From Planctopirus limnophila DSM 3776 (GTDB lineage: Bacteria; Planctomycetota; Planctomycetia; Planctomycetales; Planctomycetaceae): a DNA stretch of 32,000 bases. The DNA lies in assembly GCF_000092105.1 (NCBI RefSeq), contig NC_014148.1:1170001-1202000 (forward strand). The letters run 5' to 3'. A model generated the notes under the pieces. The model was not told where the DNA came from and did not search any database. It saw nothing but the letters and a program-made list of their open reading frames with translations. Positions within the stretch are counted from its first letter, which is position 1. Each line of letters begins with the position of its first letter. Shown here in pieces: positions 1-8,595 of this stretch. Both the position numbers and the translations under genes were made by a program.

Positions 1-64
1 AGTGGGATGCCAGCACCGTGAGGATCAGGGCTGCCACAATTCGGGACCAGCGGGGAGTCTGCAT
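1..64 (-). CDS. 5' end of an unidentified gene running off the left edge; the N-terminus MQTPRWSRIVAALILTVLASH looks like a signal peptide or TM anchor
   Basis: ATG at 64-62 (minus strand) with AAGGA 7 nt upstream. A basic n-region is followed by a hydrophobic stretch. The frame is open to the window edge. It lies on the same strand, directly downstream of the sigma/anti-sigma pair. It is too short to appear in the ORF track. Confidence 0.3.
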   Translation of the reverse strand, partial: MQTPRWSRIVAALILTVLASH

Positions 65-148
65 GGGAAATCCTTAGAGAGAGCTAAGTTGGTTGTTAAG
101 TGAAGTGATGATTCTTTAGAGAGAGGCGTGGAGTTGGTGCATTTCGTC

Positions 149-188
149 GGAACTTCATGCACCCTACAAGAGGAACTTCATGCACCCT
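149..188. repeat. Two perfect 17-bp direct repeats GGAACTTCATGCACCCT (149-165 and 172-188) with a 23-bp period
   Basis: Read directly from the sequence. It lies in the non-coding gap between the anti-sigma stop (216) and the ATG at 64. Confidence 0.9.
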
Positions 189-215
189 GCGGGTCTGCTG
201 GGTGTTTTTAAATGC

Positions 216-1079
216 TTAAGGGAGCGGTTGTTTGGCAACGACCATGAGATCTCGGACTGGCATGAGGCCCCGGCGGCCATCTTCCAGAGAGACTTCGATC
301 CATTGATCCTGTTGAATCACTTCGGCATTGTGTGGAGCAAGAGCCTCCTTGAGCTGACGTGTTAACTTCTCCTGCGATTCCCGCTGATCAGCCGTCATCG
401 CGAAGACGTTCTCCATGTTACTGGCTTCAATCACCGGAACACTCACTGGACGAGCCAGCTCGACATCATCCGCGAACATGATCTGAACTTCGCCGGGAAG
501 AGGTAATTGATCGCGAGCGTGCGGAAACGCATCGATCGTGGTTGTCACTGCGGAGTCGGCTTGATCTTCATCGAGAGAATTGACAACCACCGGCTGGGGA
601 GTATTGCCTGTCGGACTCGTCGGGTTTTTGCCGGCAATGGTGGAATTGGCTGGTTGAGCGGCCATTCGCAAATCCTGGCGAGATCCTGTGATCGACTGAG
701 ATGACCACCAGCCCCCACTAAAGGCCATGACCAGCAGCGCAGCCACCAGAACTCCTTGTGACCATCCGGGAATGTTTGCCCTTCTGGACTTTTTCAGTGT
801 TTTTCGATGAACAGAAATTGACGATGTCACTGGTGTGGTCAACGATTGAGGAATCACTGAAAGGGCTGCAGGAGGTGACGCTGCTGGCAGCGTCGTGGAC
901 GGAGTCTGCTGGAAAACTCTTTCGAGCAGTCGGTGTTCGAGCAGTGCCAGTGCGACGGCCCGCCACTCGCCGTGAAGTTCTGTTTGTTCAAGGAACAACG
1001 CTTCCTCGGCTTCGGTTAACTCGTGATCGATCAACCTGTCGAGTTGCTCGGGCTGCCATTCGCTGGTTTGAAATTTCAT
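216..1079 (-). CDS. Putative membrane-spanning anti-sigma factor
   Basis: The start overlaps the sigma-factor stop by 4 nt (ATGA at 1076-1079). It has an acidic helical N-terminal part of about 90 aa and one central TM segment (GVLVAALLVMAFSGGWW). A Pro/Ser/Thr-rich linker and an extracytoplasmic C-terminal part follow. There is no HxxxCxxC zinc motif, so the call rests on position and topology. Confidence 0.55.
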   Translation of the reverse strand: MKFQTSEWQPEQLDRLIDHELTEAEEALFLEQTELHGEWRAVALALLEHRLLERVFQQTPSTTLPAASPPAALSVIPQSLTTPVTSSISVHRKTLKKSRRANIPGWSQGVLVAALLVMAFSGGWWSSQSITGSRQDLRMAAQPANSTIAGKNPTSPTGNTPQPVVVNSLDEDQADSAVTTTIDAFPHARDQLPLPGEVQIMFADDVELARPVSVPVIEASNMENVFAMTADQRESQEKLTRQLKEALAPHNAEVIQQDQWIEVSLEDGRRGLMPVRDLMVVAKQPLP

Positions 1080-1645
1080 GGGGTCGTCTCACTCAATAAA
1101 AAATGCGCCGAGAGGAGCTGGCGTAATCTGACTCGCGCTCGATGAAGCTGTGTTGTGACCTGTGATTCGGTCAGGCCGAGATGCTTTGCGATTTCGAAGT
1201 AGCTCCATCCCTGGGTGTATTTTAAGGTCAGCAGTTCCTGATCTTTGGGAAGCAGTCGGGCTATGGCGGACTGAATCAGCTTCTCTCGTTCTTTGGCGAG
1301 CAACAGGCCCAGTGGATCTGGGGTCGATTCTTCGTCGTATTGCCGGTTGGCTGAAGTGGCGTAGCGATGCAACATGCGGCGGCGTCTTCCTAAACGTCTG
1401 CGGTGCATGAGAGCGGTTCTGACAGCGACCACATAGAGCCAGGCAGGGGGAGGTTCGGCCTGCTGAATCGAAAAATCGGACTTAAGCACGGAGACTATGA
1501 ACTCTTGAAACAATTCGTCGACGGCCTGTGGATCAGCGGAGCGGATCGAGAGCACCTGACGAATCCAACTCTGCTGCTCCAGCAGATACTTGCGTGTGTG
1601 TTCGGCCTGATCGCCGGGAGAGGCGAGGCAGGGAAAATTCTTCAT
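1076..1645 (-). CDS. ECF-type RNA polymerase sigma-70 family factor
   Basis: Region 2-like segment: DELFQEFIVSVLKS ... PAWLYVVAVRTALMHRRR. Region 4 HTH: LTLKYTQGWSYFEIAKHLGLTESQVTTQLHRARVRLRQLL. ATG at 1645; 189 aa. Confidence 0.9.
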   Translation of the reverse strand: MKNFPCLASPGDQAEHTRKYLLEQQSWIRQVLSIRSADPQAVDELFQEFIVSVLKSDFSIQQAEPPPAWLYVVAVRTALMHRRRLGRRRRMLHRYATSANRQYDEESTPDPLGLLLAKEREKLIQSAIARLLPKDQELLTLKYTQGWSYFEIAKHLGLTESQVTTQLHRARVRLRQLLSAHFLLSETTP

Positions 1646-2137
1646 CCGTGATCTCGCCTGCAGGCTGTGACTAGTGACTCAACTCGAAACGGTGACGACT
1701 CACCTTACTGTTGCCAGAAGACACAAAAACTTGCAGGGATTCTGTGCTTTTTAGGTCAGTTTGGAGCAATGCAGCGTGTTATGACCATGTTACTGCGACG
1801 TAAGTCTTGTGAGGATAGATTGTTGCAAAAAAACTTGCGACATCGACGTTTCTTTATGTGTATCAACATGATGCATGTCGGTCATCGTGAATCGATCACC
1901 AGACGAAAAAATCCTGGGATAAAACGAGATCTCCTCCATGACGCGGGGGGATAAACTTTCGTAAGATTTTGTGACACCGGTTGCGCTCACGGCTGGATCA
2001 TGCAGTTCCAGAAAAAGGCATCACCCCAAGGGTGATGATCTTCTTCGTCGAAGTTTCGATCAGCCGGGCGACCCGTTAGGCCTGCTGATTGACTCCCCAC
2101 AATTTCTGCGGTCGTCGAGCAATAGTAGGGCCTGAGT

Positions 2138-4900
2138 ATGCGTCAAGTTTTCCGTGCTGTCTTTCAGTTTCGATACTCGTTCATCGTTCTGAGCCTGTGT
2201 GCCAGTCTGGCTGGAGGCATTTCTCCAGCAACTCTTTGGGCCGATGATGGTGAAGCTGTGAGCCCCAGTGGCTACAAGCTGCCGCCCAAAGAAATGGTCG
2301 AGATCATTGATGCGCCACTTCCTTCGCAGTTATTGCTCTCGCCGAACCATCAGAAGTTTGTGCTGATTGATCGGACTCCGTGGCCATCGATTGAGTTCTT
2401 CGCCCGCCCCTTCCTGAAGCTGGCCAGTTTGCGTGTGGATCCTGAACTTTCAGTTCAAAGGCGAACAGCCGAGTATTTTCGGATTTCACTGAGTTCGCTG
2501 CCACCCAAGACTGAACCGGTGGTGCTTGTCGAACAGAAGGGGTTATCGACGCCGATCTGGTCACCAGCCGGTGATCGACTGGCCTACACGGTCGATACAA
2601 CGGGTGGGATGGAGTTGTGGGTTGTCGATGTGAATGCTCCCCAGCCTGTCCCTCGCCAGGTGCCGGGAGTTCTGCTGACTGACATTGCGGGTTCGCCATT
2701 TCGCTGGATCAATAACGGGAAAGAACTGCTTGTCCGGCAGATTCCACCTGCTCGCGGCGCTATGCCTGTCGAACCGACCCAGCCGACAGGTCCGATTGTG
2801 CAATCGACGTCTGGTCAGAAAACGAAAGCCAGAACCTATCAGGACTTGCTGAAGACCCCTTACGACGAAACGCTCTTCGACTACTTTGCGACGGTGCAAC
2901 TGGCTCGTGTTGATGCGTCAACGCTGGAAATCATTCCTGTAGGCCAGCCGGGATTATATACCTCGGCTTCCGTCTCGCCTGATGGTAGTGCCATGGTGGT
3001 GACAAAACTGAAAAGGCCGTTTTCCTATCGAGTTCCCTATAGTCAATTCCCTCGAACAGTCGAGGTGGTTGATCTCAAAACAGGTGCCACGCTACGTACG
3101 CTCAGTGATATCAAGTCGCCACAGTTCTCGTCGAGTTATGGCGTGAGTGCGGGTGGCCGCATGTTCGAATGGGATCCTCATCACCCTGCTAAACTTTATT
3201 GGGTCGAGACTCTCGATGGTGGAAATGCAGAAGCCAAATCGAAGTTTCGCGATCGACTGGTCACGCTGTCGACTCCTTTCAGTGGGCCGATTGCAGAAGT
3301 CCTGCAAACAGCCGAGCGGCTCAATGATCTGGATTTTACAACGACTCCTGATGAAGTTCTGATTACCGAAGTTAATACGATCCGTCGGTGGAAAACAACA
3401 GCGGTCTTGAATCTGGCCGACCCAATTGCGAGCCGACGGGTGCTCTTTAATCTTTCGACGAGTGATGCTTACGCCGACCCTGGTAAACCCGTGCGAACTC
3501 GGACGGTGGATGGGCAAAGCGTCATCCTCAAGCAGGGGACGACCTTCTTCATGGAGGGAACAGGGAGTTCACCCGAAGGGGATTATCCATTCCTTGATCA
3601 GATTGATCTGGCGACTGGCCAACGATCACGGCTGTTCCGATCTCAGCGGGGAACTTATGAAACTTTTGTAGCATTCACCGATGAGACTCAGCGAACGATA
3701 CTTACTCAGTTTCAGAGCCCCACGACTCCACCGAACTATTTACTAAAACAACTTCCGCTTCGCCGGGAGGAAGTGGAGACAGCGGGAGAAGCTGCTGCAG
3801 TGAGTGCGCTGGCGCCTGTCAAATTTGATACAGGCGGTCGGTCGCTGGATCCCATTGTTGGGGCTGCAAAGCCTGAGTTCCCCGTGGGTGGGGAATTGCT
3901 GGGAGCCGTCACGAAGTTTAATGATCCGCATCCGCAGTTTACTTCGTGTTCGAAAGAACTCCTGACGTATCAGCGGGGTGACGGTGTGCCCCTGTCGGCT
4001 ACGCTTTATCTTCCGCCGGGTTATGACCGTACCTCGGGGAAAAAACTCCCGGTGATCATGTATGCCTATCCGCGTGAATATTCTGATGTCCAGACAGCCG
4101 GCCAGGTGCGAGGCTCTCCTCATAAGTTTACCCGCTTATGGGGTGCCAGCCCTTTAATGTTTTTAACTCAGGGTTATGCGATCATGATGGATACGGCGAT
4201 GCCGATTATTGGTTCGCCCCGCAAGATGAACGATACTTATGTTGAGCAGTTGGTGGCAGATGCCGAGGCGGCTGTGAAAGTGGTCACAGATCTGGGCGTG
4301 GGTGATCCTGATCGAATCCTTGTCACGGGTCATAGCTATGGTGCATTCATGACTGCCAACCTGCTGGCCCATACTGATCTTTTTGCGACGGGTATTGCCT
4401 GCAGTGGAGCTTATAACCGGACGTTGACTCCCTTCGGTTTTCAGAACGAGCCGCGAACATTCTGGGAAGCACCTACGGTCTATGCGAGGATGTCGCCGTT
4501 CTTTCATGCCAACCGCGTGCGTGAACCGATCATGCTGATCCACGGGCAGGAAGATCAGAACTCGGGGACATTCCCCATGCAATCCGAACGCTTTTATGAA
4601 GCTCTGGCTGCCAATGGTGCAACTGCACGGTTAGTGCTGCTCCCTCATGAGGGTCATGGATATCTCTCGCGGGAATCGATCCTGCATCAACTGGCGGAGA
4701 TGACGGCCTGGGCGGATCGATATGCCAAGAATGGAAAGAGAATCAAACCGAGCGAGAACAAATCGCCGGGCAATAATGTGCCTGCGAATGGAGATGCTGC
4801 CGCAGCCAGTGCTAAGGCCTCGGATCCGGTTTCAACGGGCAAAGCACCTACTGCCGATCGTGACGCGACGGAAGGAGTGGTGGACGAGATTGAGCCATAA
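2138..4900 (+). CDS. Secreted S9 (prolyl oligopeptidase family) serine peptidase
   Basis: N-terminal signal peptide and a long propeller-like N-terminal part. The C-terminal alpha/beta-hydrolase domain has the nucleophile elbow GHSYGAF. The acid residue is in IHGQEDQNS and the His in PHEGHGY. There is a low-complexity Ala/Asp-rich C-terminal tail. Confidence 0.9.
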   Translation: MRQVFRAVFQFRYSFIVLSLCASLAGGISPATLWADDGEAVSPSGYKLPPKEMVEIIDAPLPSQLLLSPNHQKFVLIDRTPWPSIEFFARPFLKLASLRVDPELSVQRRTAEYFRISLSSLPPKTEPVVLVEQKGLSTPIWSPAGDRLAYTVDTTGGMELWVVDVNAPQPVPRQVPGVLLTDIAGSPFRWINNGKELLVRQIPPARGAMPVEPTQPTGPIVQSTSGQKTKARTYQDLLKTPYDETLFDYFATVQLARVDASTLEIIPVGQPGLYTSASVSPDGSAMVVTKLKRPFSYRVPYSQFPRTVEVVDLKTGATLRTLSDIKSPQFSSSYGVSAGGRMFEWDPHHPAKLYWVETLDGGNAEAKSKFRDRLVTLSTPFSGPIAEVLQTAERLNDLDFTTTPDEVLITEVNTIRRWKTTAVLNLADPIASRRVLFNLSTSDAYADPGKPVRTRTVDGQSVILKQGTTFFMEGTGSSPEGDYPFLDQIDLATGQRSRLFRSQRGTYETFVAFTDETQRTILTQFQSPTTPPNYLLKQLPLRREEVETAGEAAAVSALAPVKFDTGGRSLDPIVGAAKPEFPVGGELLGAVTKFNDPHPQFTSCSKELLTYQRGDGVPLSATLYLPPGYDRTSGKKLPVIMYAYPREYSDVQTAGQVRGSPHKFTRLWGASPLMFLTQGYAIMMDTAMPIIGSPRKMNDTYVEQLVADAEAAVKVVTDLGVGDPDRILVTGHSYGAFMTANLLAHTDLFATGIACSGAYNRTLTPFGFQNEPRTFWEAPTVYARMSPFFHANRVREPIMLIHGQEDQNSGTFPMQSERFYEALAANGATARLVLLPHEGHGYLSRESILHQLAEMTAWADRYAKNGKRIKPSENKSPGNNVPANGDAAAASAKASDPVSTGKAPTADRDATEGVVDEIEP

Positions 4901-5067
4901 TTTGTTGGTAGTTGTTGAATTGGACTCCAGGATTTAACAGATCTTTGTGTGCGATGGTGGCGGCTGGGAGCTGGTCGTTACAATTGACGCGATGGCGTTG
5001 TCACGTGTCACCAAATTGTTTGACGTTGGTGGTTTATGCTGCTGTCGTCGAGAGTCATGAATGCATG

Positions 5068-5228
5068 TTCGGGATGCATTCTGGCTGGTGACGTCGATTG
5101 TTCAGGAGGCGGATGAAGATATCCGACCCCTGCCACCCGCTCTGACTGCAAATGTGACATTGAGGGGCGCAAAGACCACGCCCTTTCGCAAAGCCTTCAG
5201 GGCGTGCCACCCAAATGCGAGCCACCCG
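5068..5228 (+). repeat. Long intergenic repeat element (about 160 bp) containing an H-family hairpin (5105-5130) plus a conserved 3' extension
   Basis: Collinear with 27936-28095 over its whole length and with 30582-30656 over its 5' part. The 26-nt core AAAGACCACGCCCTTTCGCAAAGCCT is identical in the two full copies. Confidence 0.85.
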
Positions 5229-5284
5229 TCACCAATATTGTTTGTGGGACGATGACGGCAGGTTGTATGCAAAGCTGTGAAATA

Positions 5285-5322
5285 CCAAGAGACCCCGGAA
5301 AGGTCTTTCCGGGGTCTCTTGG
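5285..5322 (-). terminator. Perfect 18-bp GC-rich inverted repeat; likely terminator between convergent genes
   Basis: CCAAGAGACCCCGGAAAG-GT-CTTTCCGGGGTCTCTTGG. It lies 33 nt past the oxidoreductase stop (5355-5357). On the minus strand it is followed by TATTTCACAGCTTT. There is no clean T-run on either side. Confidence 0.55.
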
Positions 5323-5354
5323 ATGAGTGTTCGACTTACTGAGTCGTGATTCGC

Positions 5355-6434
5355 TTAAGCGGCGACTCGCAAGCGTGGTGTGGTGTGCCAGGGAGTTGGG
5401 CCTGTGGGGCCATCAGGAACTCCATTCCACTGGTGTTTGTGGAGGCTTTCGAGCACCATCTGTGCGGTTTTCATGGCAGCCACGCCTTCATCGCGCCCCA
5501 CCAGCGGTTGTTGCCCAGTCTGCACACAGCGGACAAACTGCTTGAGTTCAGCCGTGAGAGCATCTGCTTCAGCAACAGGCAATGTTTCCGGGTGCAGATA
5601 ACGAGTGAAGACTTCTTTTTTCAACTGTTCGATATTGGCACCAGGTTCTTTCGAACGGGCCAGAGGAGATTCCCCCTGCAGCAGTTCGAGCGAGGGAGTC
5701 ATCCGCCAGACTGTCCGGGCATGCAGATCGACATGAACGGTGCCTTGCAGGCTGTAGGCTTCGATTTTTCGAGATGCTGTCGGATGGACGCGGTTGGCTG
5801 TGAGATCGGCAATGCAGCCATTGGCGAAGTAAAGCCGGGCCTGTGCCATGTCTTCATGTTCGCCCATGACGGAGACGCCCATGGCTTCGACGTGCTCGAC
5901 TTCATTCGAGCCAGCCAGCCAATGCATCAGATCGATATCGTGAATCATGAGGTCGTGAACGACGCCGATATCGGTCGAGCGGAACGCATACGGGCTGACG
6001 CGTTCCGCCTTCAGGTAGCGAGGTGTATCGATGTAAGGCTTGGCAGCGACCATCGCGGGGTTGAAGCGTTCGATATGCCCCACCTGGAGGAGTGTTCCCA
6101 TCTGGCGTGCCAGTTGAGAAATCTGCTGGGCGTCGGAGAGATTTCCAGCCAGCGGTTTCTCGACAAGTACCGAGACACCCGCACGGAGGAAATCACCGGC
6201 GACACTGAGATGGGCAAACGTGGGCACCACGATCGAAACGGCATCGACTCGATCGAGGAGATGCTTGTAGTTCGATACCCAGCGAGTACGACACTTCTCG
6301 GCTACTTCCTGACCACGTTCGGCGTGACTGTCAACAACAGCCACGAGATGAACATTGGGAAGTTCGCTCAGGATGCGGGCGTGATGCCGACCGAGAGCAC
6401 CGACTCCAATAACTGCCATTCTGACCCGGCTCAT
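5355..6434 (-). CDS. Gfo/Idh/MocA family NAD(P)-dependent oxidoreductase
   Basis: Rossmann start MAVIGVGALGRHHA, EKP motif (VLVEKPLA) and a C-terminal alpha/beta domain. The start ATG overlaps the lpxA stop (ATGA at 6431-6434). Confidence 0.9.
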   Translation of the reverse strand: MSRVRMAVIGVGALGRHHARILSELPNVHLVAVVDSHAERGQEVAEKCRTRWVSNYKHLLDRVDAVSIVVPTFAHLSVAGDFLRAGVSVLVEKPLAGNLSDAQQISQLARQMGTLLQVGHIERFNPAMVAAKPYIDTPRYLKAERVSPYAFRSTDIGVVHDLMIHDIDLMHWLAGSNEVEHVEAMGVSVMGEHEDMAQARLYFANGCIADLTANRVHPTASRKIEAYSLQGTVHVDLHARTVWRMTPSLELLQGESPLARSKEPGANIEQLKKEVFTRYLHPETLPVAEADALTAELKQFVRCVQTGQQPLVGRDEGVAAMKTAQMVLESLHKHQWNGVPDGPTGPTPWHTTPRLRVAA

Positions 6435-7279
6435 GCCGCTCTCCGTAATGGATGTGGATTGGCAGGGCGACTGCGGACGGCTTCACGAGCACGTCCCTGT
6501 TTGCCCTGTCGCTGCTGCTCCAGAAAATCGAGCAGGTTGGTAAGTTCCCAGGGAATTACATCGTCACAGGCTGCCAGTAAAGTGTGCCTGGCCTCGTCGA
6601 GAGGCTTGTGCTCACGGAATAACAGGCGATGTGCCTGACGAATAATGTTGATTGTTGAATCGGGTAAACCACGTCGCTTGAGGCCAATGAGATTGACGGA
6701 AACGATCTTGGGCTCATCGCTCCCGGCAGAAATCATGTAGGGAGGGATGTCTGTGGGAGCCCGGCAGCCACCAGAAAGAAAGGCGTGTGTCCCAATCGAA
6801 GCGAACTGATGAACGACTGAATTTCCCGAGACGAAGGCATGGTCATAGACATGGACATGTCCGGCCAGCAGACTGCCATTCGCCAGAATGATGTGGTTGT
6901 GCACATAGCAGTTATGTCCCACATGGCTATTGGCCATGAGATAATTATGACTGCCAATGCGGGTGATGTAATCTTCTTTTTCGGCACCGCGATGGACAGT
7001 CACACCTTCGCGGAAGGTGTTGTCATCGCCGATGTCCAGGTAAGTTGGAGCACCGGAGTAACCGAGATCCTGCGGTTCGCCACCCAGTGCCACAAATGGA
7101 TGCATACGATTTCGCTGGCCAATAATCGTGTGACCAGTGATCGTGACGTGACTATCGAGTTGACATCCCGAACCAAGCGTTACATGCGGGCCAATTACGC
7201 AAAATGGGCCAATATGTACGTTGTCGCCGATCCTGGCGTGTGGATCGATCTGAGCAAGTGGTGAAATTCTTGAGGCCAT
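6431..7279 (-). CDS. lpxA: Acyl-ACP--UDP-N-acetylglucosamine O-acyltransferase
   Basis: Hexapeptide left-handed beta-helix repeats: IDPHARIGDNVHIGPFCVIGPHVTLGSGCQLDSHVTITGHTIIG. GGEPQDLGY and a helical C-terminal domain are collinear with LpxA. I place the start at ATG 7279 (MASRISPLAQIDP). The track start at 7363 is GTG and adds 28 aa with no LpxA counterpart. Confidence 0.9.
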   Translation of the reverse strand: MASRISPLAQIDPHARIGDNVHIGPFCVIGPHVTLGSGCQLDSHVTITGHTIIGQRNRMHPFVALGGEPQDLGYSGAPTYLDIGDDNTFREGVTVHRGAEKEDYITRIGSHNYLMANSHVGHNCYVHNHIILANGSLLAGHVHVYDHAFVSGNSVVHQFASIGTHAFLSGGCRAPTDIPPYMISAGSDEPKIVSVNLIGLKRRGLPDSTINIIRQAHRLLFREHKPLDEARHTLLAACDDVIPWELTNLLDFLEQQRQGKQGRAREAVRSRPANPHPLRRAA

Positions 7280-7484
7280 GCGGCGACATCCTTGTCTAAC
7301 GCATGACGCGGGGCGGATGGAGAAGTCGGGTTGCGGAATGTTGAGTTCTGCAAGCTGCTTCACGAAGGGCCGCAGCGTCTTTCATGTGGTGGGAAGGTGG
7401 TAAAAGTGCTTTCTGCGGATACTCTCGATCAATCTGGAAACGTGATGATTCTCGTTTTCACATCAAAGGTTATACGCAATCAAC

Positions 7485-8420
7485 CTAGGACTGTAAGGCC
7501 ATCTCTTGCGGTAAATCTTTTAAAGGGAAGTGGGGTTGGAAACATACATATTCAGGAGCCCGAATGATTTCGTGAGTCTGCTTGATCCGTTCAATAATCT
7601 GGTGATTGTGATGGTGCCCGGTGCGGAAGGCCCGGAAGTGGCCATGCAGATCACAGCCAATCAGGGCGAAATCGCCAATACAATCGAGAATCTTGTGGCG
7701 GACGCATTCATCTCGCGTCCGCAGTGCGTTTCCAATCGGGCCATCAGGGCCAAAAATGAGAAGATCTTTTTCTGTGACACGCTGGCCGTAACCCTGGCTT
7801 TGAAGATATTTGACTTCCTCTTCAGCGACGAAGGTCCGAGCAAAAGCCACCAGGGTAATAAATGTCTCGGGGGTGACTTCCAGCGAAAAGGACTGAGGTT
7901 TGATTGGTGAGCGCGGGCCGTAATCGAGTTCGTAAGTAATCACCAGGCCATGCCGACTGATGGGACTGGCTGACAAAGCGACCGAGTCGTTTTCGGTCAC
8001 AATTGCCTGAGGCTGGGTGACCACGATCAGGTCGCGATAGGCATTCTGTTCGACAATCCCACCATCGAGCAGGCACTGTACGAAATCGAGGCTTGATCCA
8101 TCACAGCCTGGAGGTTCTGGAGCATTGAGACGTACCAGGCAATTATCAATCTGCAGACCAGCGAGGGCAGCCATCACATGTTCGATCAACTCGACAGTGA
8201 CTCCACCTTGTGAAATGGCGGTGCGACGCTCTTTGCGGATGACGTTCTCAATACGAGCCTGCACAGGGCCGGTCGATTTGAGATCTGTCCGCTGGAAGCT
8301 GATCCCCATTCCTTCGGCCTGCGGATGAAACGAAATGGTGACATCGGCATTCGTAAAGAAGCCGATCCCACTCATTTCAACGGCCCGTTCCAGTGTTCTC
8401 TGGCGTCTGGGCGCGCGCAT
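7485..8420 (-). CDS. lpxC: UDP-3-O-acyl-N-acetylglucosamine deacetylase
   Basis: Motifs: TLERAVEMSGIGFFT, IEHVMAALAGLQIDN, PEPPGCDGSS, HKILDCIGDFALIG and FRTGHHHN. ATG 8420 has GGAG 6 nt upstream and gives MRAPRRQRTLERAV, which parallels E. coli MIKQRTLKRIV. ATG 8432 and TTG 8456 are alternatives. Confidence 0.9.
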   Translation of the reverse strand: MRAPRRQRTLERAVEMSGIGFFTNADVTISFHPQAEGMGISFQRTDLKSTGPVQARIENVIRKERRTAISQGGVTVELIEHVMAALAGLQIDNCLVRLNAPEPPGCDGSSLDFVQCLLDGGIVEQNAYRDLIVVTQPQAIVTENDSVALSASPISRHGLVITYELDYGPRSPIKPQSFSLEVTPETFITLVAFARTFVAEEEVKYLQSQGYGQRVTEKDLLIFGPDGPIGNALRTRDECVRHKILDCIGDFALIGCDLHGHFRAFRTGHHHNHQIIERIKQTHEIIRAPEYVCFQPHFPLKDLPQEMALQS

Positions 8421-8547
8421 GACCTGCTCCATCGGGGAAGAAGACCGGTTAATCAAGCTACATCGTAATTTAGGATGCAGCAGGAACTCGCAAGCGATGC
8501 AACATGAATTCTGAGTCTGTAGATATCTTAGTCACGAGAGCAAGAGA

Positions 8548-8579
8548 GCCACAGGTCGTAATGACTTAAGACCTGTGGC
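8548..8579 (-). terminator. 10-bp stem hairpin between skp and lpxC
   Basis: GCCACAGGTC-N12-GACCTGTGGC, 17 nt past the skp stop. On the minus strand it is followed by TCTCTTGCTCTC with no real T-run. It could be a processing or stabilising hairpin rather than a terminator. Confidence 0.35.
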
Positions 8580-8595
8580 GTGACTTTGCTTATGA

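Noticed and set aside
149-193. Reading the GGAACTT direct repeats as an ECF sigma promoter
   Set aside because: The motif is on the plus strand, antisense to all neighbouring genes. No CGT-type -10 element lies at the expected 16-17-nt spacing after either GGAAC.
1667-1990. 95-aa plus-strand and 66-aa minus-strand ORFs in the divergent sigma/peptidase spacer
   Set aside because: This is an AT-richer promoter-type region. The translations are Cys/Arg/Met-rich, and the two ORFs overlap each other on opposite strands. No motif supports either.
1989-2009. Minus-strand GGAAC ... CGT as the autoregulated promoter of the ECF sigma gene
   Set aside because: The spacer is only 13 nt, and the site is about 350 nt upstream of the start. 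That is too weak to call.
5061-5255. 64-aa ORF, and the 120-aa ORF at 28009-28371, which share the peptide TTPFRKA
   Set aside because: The shared peptide is just the translated 26-nt core of the long intergenic repeat. The second ORF also runs antisense into the ABC exporter. These are repeat-derived phantom ORFs.
5346-6638. 430-aa plus-strand ORF, the longest unannotated ORF in the track
   Set aside because: It is entirely antisense to the oxidoreductase and lpxA genes, which have clear family motifs. Its translation is Cys/Arg/Ser-rich with no recognisable motif. This is a typical shadow ORF of GC-rich coding DNA.
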